Part shown: piece by piece, positions 57,685-64,000 of the stretch | How positions within the stretch are numbered: the first letter of the stretch is position 1 | Layout of the letters: every line of letters starts with the position of its first letter | DNA from: Trichodelitschia bisporula | Taxonomy: Eukaryota | Length of the DNA: 64,000 nt | Direction of reading: 5' to 3' | Assembly: GCA_010356995.1 (NCBI GenBank) | Contig: ML996689.1 | Coordinates: 638,691-702,690 of the forward strand | Program-made: the position numbers and the translations under genes | Notes under the pieces: generated by a model | Database searches by the model: none | What the model was told of the DNA's origin: nothing | What the model saw: only the letters and a program-made list of their open reading frames with translations

Positions 57685-59166
57685 CTACGATCCCAGCGAG
57701 GGGAAGGCGCTCTCATCAGTGAGGTTCGGTGTAGGACCGGCACCACGACCGCCACGGCCGCCACGGTGCTCACCGCCACGGCCGCCACGGTGCTCACCAC
57801 CACGAGCGCCACGGTCAGAACCGCCACGGCCACGACCACCACGGCCGCCACGATGCTCGCCACGGTCACCACCACGGTCGCCACGGTCGCCACGGTCGCC
57901 ACGGTCGCCACGGCCACGGCCGCCACCGCGACCACCACGACCAGCCGGAGCCTCCTGAGCAAGGAAGCGCTCGCCATCAAGCTCGAGAAGGGTCTTCTCC
58001 TTGCGCTCCTTGGTACGACGCGTCTTGCCGCCCTGGCCAGCAATGAAGGCCTCCTCCTCCTCGCCGCGAACAATCTCCTTGCCTTCCGGGAACTTCTTCG
58101 AGGCGCCCTCGTTGGGCTTGCGAACAGAAGGAGTCGAGCCAAGCTGGGCCTTCTTTTCGGCAAGCTCGGCGAGGTAGTCATCAAGCGACTTGGTCTTCAC
58201 CTCGGGCTCAGCATCCTCAGCGGGAGCCTCGGCCTCGGCAGCGGGAGCAGCAGTAGTAGCCTCTTCCTTCTCGTCCGACTTGGCAATGGCCTCGCCGGCC
58301 TTCTCATCGGCCCACTCGCCGTCGCCAGTCTGGGCTCCCCAGCCGTGGGCAGCCTGCTTCTCATGCTCGCTTTGAAATGTTAGAACAGCAATTTTGGTGC
58401 AAAAGTGATTGAAGCTTACTTGTGGCCAGTACGGTTCGGGTGGCGGTCGCCGCGCGGGGCGCCACGGCCACGGCCGCGGCCGCGACCACGATCGTCAGTG
58501 GCTATTGATGTAAGTCTGTGGGACTTCATAGTAAACGCAGATGTACATACAGCGCGGGTGACGGTCGGTCCGCAGACCATCCTCAGCAGGAGCCCGGCTA
58601 CGGTTCTGGAAAGAGCCGGCACCACGGTCGCGGAAAGCTATGACGCATTAGCTGGGTCAGGTTACATCACATCCGAAAGTGCCACAACTGCAAAATTCAC
58701 TACCATGGCCGGTGCGTGATGTTTTGGTGGGGAACAAGCGGATCGAAAGGTTAATGACGTAGCTTACCTCCCTCGTTTCCGGAAGCACCCTCACGGCCTC
58801 CACGGCCACCCCGGCCCGCAGGACGAGCCGACGACGCAGCGGGAGCGGGAGCGGGGGCCTCAGGACCGGCGTTGCGCTTGCCAGAGCGAGCAATCGGCTT
58901 GTCAATTGCCTTCGTAGGGGGCTCCGGCTCACGATCGGGGTCGAGCTCGGGGTCGTTGCCTGTGTTGCTGGTTAGCGGACCATATGGGTGCAAGTGAGGG
59001 GTCGAGGGGTAGCAGCGCCGAGCCGACGGCAGCAGCAAACAATGTGTAAGGGACTGCGAGACGCACCAAGCAACTCGTACAGATTCTGCGATGCACGTCA
59101 GCGATGAGTCCATTAACGAGGAGGGGGGTAAAAGGACTGCCATACTTTCGACACGATGCTGGCCAT
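57685..59166 (-). CDS. STM1: Stm1-like ribosome/RNA-binding protein with RGG repeats, 6 exons
   Basis: MASIVSK|NLYELLG|NDPELDP, HGWGAQTGDGEW, KSLDDYLAE, an RGG-rich block and the terminus NLTDESAFPSLG. Confidence 0.85.
57742..57945 (-). repeat. RGG/RGD/GEH repeat block built from CCGTGG-based units
   Basis: Repeated (g/a)ccacgg units on the plus strand encode RGGRGGGRGRGDRGDRGDRGDRGGDRGEHRGG... Confidence 0.9.
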
Positions 59167-59718
59167 TTCGCCGGCTATCGCACTAAAGCGCTTCTGCGCT
59201 TTTCCGTCCCTCGGACCTCAGTCGCGGGTGTATTCGAGAAGAAGGGAATAGGATCGATGTTATCGACCCTGTGTGGCGATGACCCCAATTTCTGCTAACG
59301 AGACGGCCAGCAGGAAGATGGGAAGGTGGGGGAATGGGAGCGTTTGTGAGGAGTGCGTTGAAGAGAGGTTGGCCCGGACTGTGGTGAGGAGGGCAGGCAC
59401 GACGCAAAATGATTGGTGCTGCAACCGTGCCCGGCGAGTGGGCTGCCCACAGTCCCGATTGGGGCTGCTAAGCGAGGCGAGTACTGCTGACTAAAGTGCT
59501 CCTGGTCGTCATCGCTATGCATTCACTCAGACTTGTCGAGACTGCCCAACATCACCAATTCGCGATAATATACCGGGTGCGTTGCCTGTTTTTAATTGCT
59601 TATTGCTGCGAATCGATCTATGTAAGGTCGATCTGCTGGTTTTACCGAATTATCACGTTCATTTGCATTCAGTGAACTGCTACGATTGTGCTGTTGTGAT
59701 TCATTAATCATCTACTAC

Positions 59719-59758
59719 AGCTTGAGCTCGTAGCTTGAAGCTCATAGCTTGAAGCTCT
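59719..59758. repeat. About 3 copies of a 14-nt tandem repeat, AGCTTGAAGCTC(N)T
   Basis: agcttgagctcgt agcttgaagctcat agcttgaagctct, in the intergenic DNA upstream of STM1. Confidence 0.8.
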
Positions 59759-59998
59759 AGGCATGACCTGACAGCTCTGGTAGCTGTAATCCGCCTTTAA
59801 AGCTACTCGAAGGCGCTCATTTACGGAGTAGGCAACGCTTGACGTTCACCACTAGTTCTGCAGCACAAAATCAACTTGCAATGTCACTCCAAACCAAACT
59901 CATTAATCGCCAACGGCTCCATCAATCCAAGCTAAACCCTATCCCCCAAAAATGCCCTCCCCACCCTCAATCCCAAAAAAATGGCACATCCCCAGATC

Positions 59999-62519
59999 TC
60001 ATATCCAATTCGCCAGAACCCGCTGCTTAACCTCCCTCTCATGCTCCCTCTCCCTGTCCCGCTCGTTCGAAGTTCTCTCCCGATTCCGCTCAGCAAAGAA
60101 CGCCCCCGCCCCAGCCCTCCACCGCTCTCCGCTCCTCATCCGCCTAATAAACTGGCTCGTTGCGCTCCCTCCACACCGTCCCGCCTTGCCAATCATCCCC
60201 CGCAGCCCCTCCGGCCTCTCGAGCTCGCGAAAAGACCCACACCGACTACGCGAACTTCCCACGCTGCGCTGTCTCCTACATCCCGTTCCCGACATGGCGG
60301 CGCTCCGGTTCGTCTCGTTGCTGCGCATTCGCCGCAACCGCTCGCGTATCTCGGCTACTTCGTCCCCAACCTCATCGGAGAGGATTCGCGCCTTGCGGTT
60401 CGACGGCGGCGTTTGGTATACATAGTTACTAGCCTGATCCTCACCATATTGCATATGTTGACCTTGCTGCGCCTGCCCCGGCGAAGGCGGAGGCTGCGAT
60501 TGAGATCCATATTGAGACGGTGAATGGAAATTATGCCCCACGCGACGCCGCGGCGAGTATTTGCGCGGCGAATGCTCGAGCTTCTGGCCCAACGCTTGCA
60601 GTTCCTCTTGTTCCGCCCTCATGCGTTCGAGGGACTGGTTGCGCGGAGCCGCAAACGCACGGCCCTGGACGGATGCTGTCGAAGGCCTCCGTACCATGTT
60701 CTGCGAGTTCAGCGGAATGGCCGACGCGGACGACGCAAATGGCGCGGGTGGCAGCTGAGCAACCGACGACTGTGCCCGTCGGTGACTTGTTCCTCGCGCG
60801 CGTTTCTCCTCGATTGCGGCGGCAACCTGGGCTACGGAGTTGGGGACCACGTCGAGCGAGTTCATGTGGATCAGGACGATGGGGAGCTGGACGGTGACAG
60901 TGCGCGAGTGCGAGATGTAGACGACGACGTTCAAAAAGTAGCGGACTTCAAAGAACTTGCCGCACTTGACAGTCGCAAGCCCACGAGGCAAGTCGAGGTC
61001 GCATGTGCGTAGGTCGGTGGAGTTAGCTGACACGCCCGTCCAGCCCGCATGGCCGTGCTTCAGGGCGGCCTTGCAGAGGATCGTGCGCTCGTTGTTGTCG
61101 AATATGCGCGCCTGAGACGCGTCTTTTTCGAGCGTCCATGCTGCGGCCTAGACTGTCAGCTTGTCGGGGCCTAAACGGGTCGTCTTACGTGTTTGTAGCA
61201 AAGAATATCCCGCTCAAGTTGCAAATCTAACCGCTTAATGGTCTTTTTACTGCCATTGGCGACATGAACGTCGACAAATATGCTGGTCCCGCTGACCCAC
61301 ACCTGGCGATGCAACCCAGCCGTTACCTTGATCGTCTCCGGGCCATGATCGCGATGCCGTACATACTCGTCCGAAGCTGTCAGGGGGCTAGGCAGGGACA
61401 TGAGCGCCTTTTCGGCTGCGGCTGTCAGCAGAGGATGAGGCATGGTAGTATGTGGCTTGATGGCTTACGGTCATATACCGGCAACAGGGTCACTTCGCTT
61501 GAAGAGCGCACCAGGAACTGCCTGCCTTGCTCGCGGATGAGTAGCGTAACACACAGAACATAGCGGATGCGGGCGTGTTTGGAATGGAACGGCGGCGGGC
61601 CAACGTCCAGCGGCAGGCTGAGCATGAACGGGAGATTGGACACCGACGGCGCGAGAGTCCAGAAAGGATCAAGCGGAGATATCTGTTTCAAAGATTCCAC
61701 CATGTTATGCGGTGGTGGATTGTCGGCATCAATGAGCTCAGTCGCCAAACTTAGGAAGATGTGGCGACGCGGTCCTGATACCTCTTCTACGCCCAATAGG
61801 TCAACGGAGATGCGTGACAGTGCAAGCGGCCGCTTGTGACGAATGCGATCGGTGTCTTCAACCAGTATGCGCACATGGCCCTCAACCGACCCGCCTCCTA
61901 CAAAAATAGGCGCTCCAACGTGCAGTTCGATGGCAACCCGCGGATGTCGGTGGGTGGGAAAGTCGAAAACGTCGCAGTTGGGACCGTGAGGGCGCACAAA
62001 GGTCCGAGAGGGAACTCTTCGCAGACCATTTGAGAATATTGGGTCGAGGCGTGCAGCGGTATCTTTCACTGGAGACTGCGAGCGCCCATGGTTCGGAATG
62101 GTGAACCCCAGCGCTCGAGGAGGAGCGGGCGGTAAAGGAGCGGGATGAAGAGGTCTACGGTCACGCCCCGGCTGTGACGAAGTACGCGGGGGAATGTTTT
62201 CAGGGCGCACCCTGTGCTCTGTAGAGCTATTAGGGAGAAGGGTGGGAATCGGCTCAAGTCCGAGGGGGAGCTCCTGGCGTCCACTACCCTTGCTCCTCTG
62301 CGAGTCTCTCCTACTCAGGGAAGCCCGACGACTATGGGAGCTGCGGGCCGATGGCCTGCGGTTCAGGTCTAGGTTGAGCCGGTTCGTGATCTCAGCAAGA
62401 CTCGGCTCCGTGAGCTCTCGAATATCGGACAGCGGGCGCGACTGAGTGGACCAGGGCGGTATTGCGGCAGTGGACCAAGGGGGTGGAACTCGTTGGTTAA
62501 AGAGAGGACGGGCGTCCAT
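59999..62519 (-). CDS. Arrestin-fold protein (N-terminus may extend upstream via an intron at about 62625-62676)
   Basis: APIFVGGGSVEG, ISVDLLGVEE, LPLDVGPPPF, ARIRYVL, AGLHRQVWVSG, VHVANGSKKTIK and KFFEVRYFLNV. Introns near 61405-61468 and 61149-61189. Confidence 0.85.
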
Positions 62520-64000
62520 GGGCTCCCCGTGGTAAGCGCCGGCTGAGCGATGGTTGCGGTCCTGCTGGTCGAACGAGGCGCGCCCGAACGGCGGGCCTTT
62601 CTCAGGCGGAGACTGGACGAAGCCTAGATGGGCATCAGAATTGCGGATGTAGAGTGCCTCGAAGCAATAGCGTTACCAGCGCCGCCGGAGTGCCAGTGAT
62701 GTACCGATTGGTAAGCGTTTTCCGGACTAACAGTAAGGTATTCCACCTGATGCTTGTATTCAGAATTGGGATTGCGCGAGAACTAGGAGCCTACAGGAAG
62801 TATAGGTGGATCCATAACATGACCGGCGTTTGATTGTTGGTAGTTGTTGGTACTGTGGATACAGTGAGGGAGGACAAACCTCGAGGATGTCGACGAGAGG
62901 AGGTACTGATGGAAGGCATGGCTGGACAAGATTGGGGGGGTTGCGACTGCTTGCACGAGTGGAACACGACTTTGACCAAGGGCTTTCACATTGGATATCG
63001 AGATGTCTACGGTAGGTACTTTGCTACTGGGCGCCGATGAGCAACGCAGAGAGGAAATATTGATGTCAAAAGGGAGTTGGATGGTAGATACTTGCCATGC
63101 AAAGGCTTAGGGAGAGTTATGAGATGCGATGGGAGATGGTGTTGCTCTCTTCAGAAGAAGCACATAGGGACAAGCGGCCGATATCGCTCCTTGGCGGAAT
63201 CAGCCACAATGACGCCACGACCGCAGATCAGATGACCAGGGCCAGTGAGCGATGACGGAGCGATGAGCGAACGGTGAACTCCGGGATGGCACGTGACTAC
63301 AGGGCGGGAGATGCAGCGGCAAGCGGCAAAGGCACAATGCGGCAGTGCGGCGTGGCTGACCATTGGCTGACTGACCCAGCCCAACAGACCGGACCCCCTT
63401 CCCACGCCGCCATCACAGCCTTCAAATCAATCCACTCGGCATTCGTCAACCCACTCTTTTTTGCACCCCATGAGATGCGGAGAATGCGCGCCGTTCGTGG
63501 TTGAGCGACACGGGGCAACACGCGCGACACGAAGAGAGGACACACCGATCCCATCGTTCTGGGCATAACGATCCGAATGCAGGGCGATGCCGGAGTCGCA
63601 ATAATTGGCAGACCGTGTGGCTTTGACCGACATGGGCAAAAAGGAAATGGGTGAGAGATTTTGTGTATCTTCCCCCACGGCACAGCCTTGCCATATCTAC
63701 GGCGCTCATGGAGAATTCCGGGGGATGTTCGTAAGGGATATGACCTGTTTTGGCCGGTCCGGAAGAGCTGTCCAAGTGGAGTTGGGTCCGCTGGAGGAAG
63801 AAACTGGGGAATGCAGTACCGCACGGTAGATGGAGTGTCGCCTTCAGTGATCAGGAGTCTTCGCTTTTCGCCACGATCACACTCGATCTCAAGACGGAGC
63901 CAGTTCCGCATCTTCTCCTCGCTTCTCTTCGATCTCTTTGCAATCAGTCACTTCCTCGGAGATGCTTGACAGGCCAAGCGGCTGGCTGGCGGGAAGGTGG

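Noticed and set aside
57598..58383. 261-aa Thr/Ala-rich plus-strand ORF
   Set aside because: Antisense reading of the Stm1 RGG repeats.
58638..58767. 130-nt STM1 intron with TGATG and CTGA as a possible C/D snoRNA
   Set aside because: No proper 5' C box, terminal stem or recognisable rRNA guide. An Infernal/Rfam search would settle it.
63297..63911. 204-aa minus-strand ORF
   Set aside because: No recognisable motifs; probably upstream regulatory DNA of the arrestin gene.
1..64000. Transposons, RIP-degraded repeats, CRISPR arrays or a secondary-metabolite cluster
   Set aside because: No transposase or RT motifs, long AT-rich tracts, repeat-spacer arrays or PKS/NRPS/terpene synthase genes seen.

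Overview
Gene-dense eukaryotic DNA from a filamentous ascomycete (Pezizomycotina), judged from short GT-AG introns with CTRAY-type branch points and recognisable fungal orthologues. About 27 protein-coding genes can be supported. In order: a partial polyQ protein, a BOR1-type borate/HCO3- transporter, the divergent D-galacturonate pair gaaC/gaaA, RPC11, an ankyrin protein, a hypothetical protein, SF3B5, an F-box/LRR protein, Dicer-like 2, a small methyltransferase-like ORF, RPL16, an acyl-CoA synthetase with PTS2, a METTL7-like methyltransferase, a TBC Rab-GAP, an epoxide-hydrolase-like enzyme, a DHA1 MFS transporter, PRE8, a RING-CH ligase, an atypical Hsp70, a CENP-Q-like protein, AcuM, SPO22/ZIP4, a DUF4050 protein, a Zn2Cys6 factor, a signal-peptide-bearing N2227 methyltransferase, Stm1 and an arrestin-like protein. 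No tRNA, rRNA, transposon or CRISPR was seen. I cannot demonstrate a new biological system. The best leads are: a borate exporter beside the pectin-sugar catabolic genes, an apparent excess of GC-AG introns (two inside conserved ATPase motifs), alternating C-rich/G-rich strand-skew blocks, and an apparently secretory-pathway SAM-dependent methyltransferase. Gene identities come from recalled family motifs and exon boundaries were read by eye; no searches were run.
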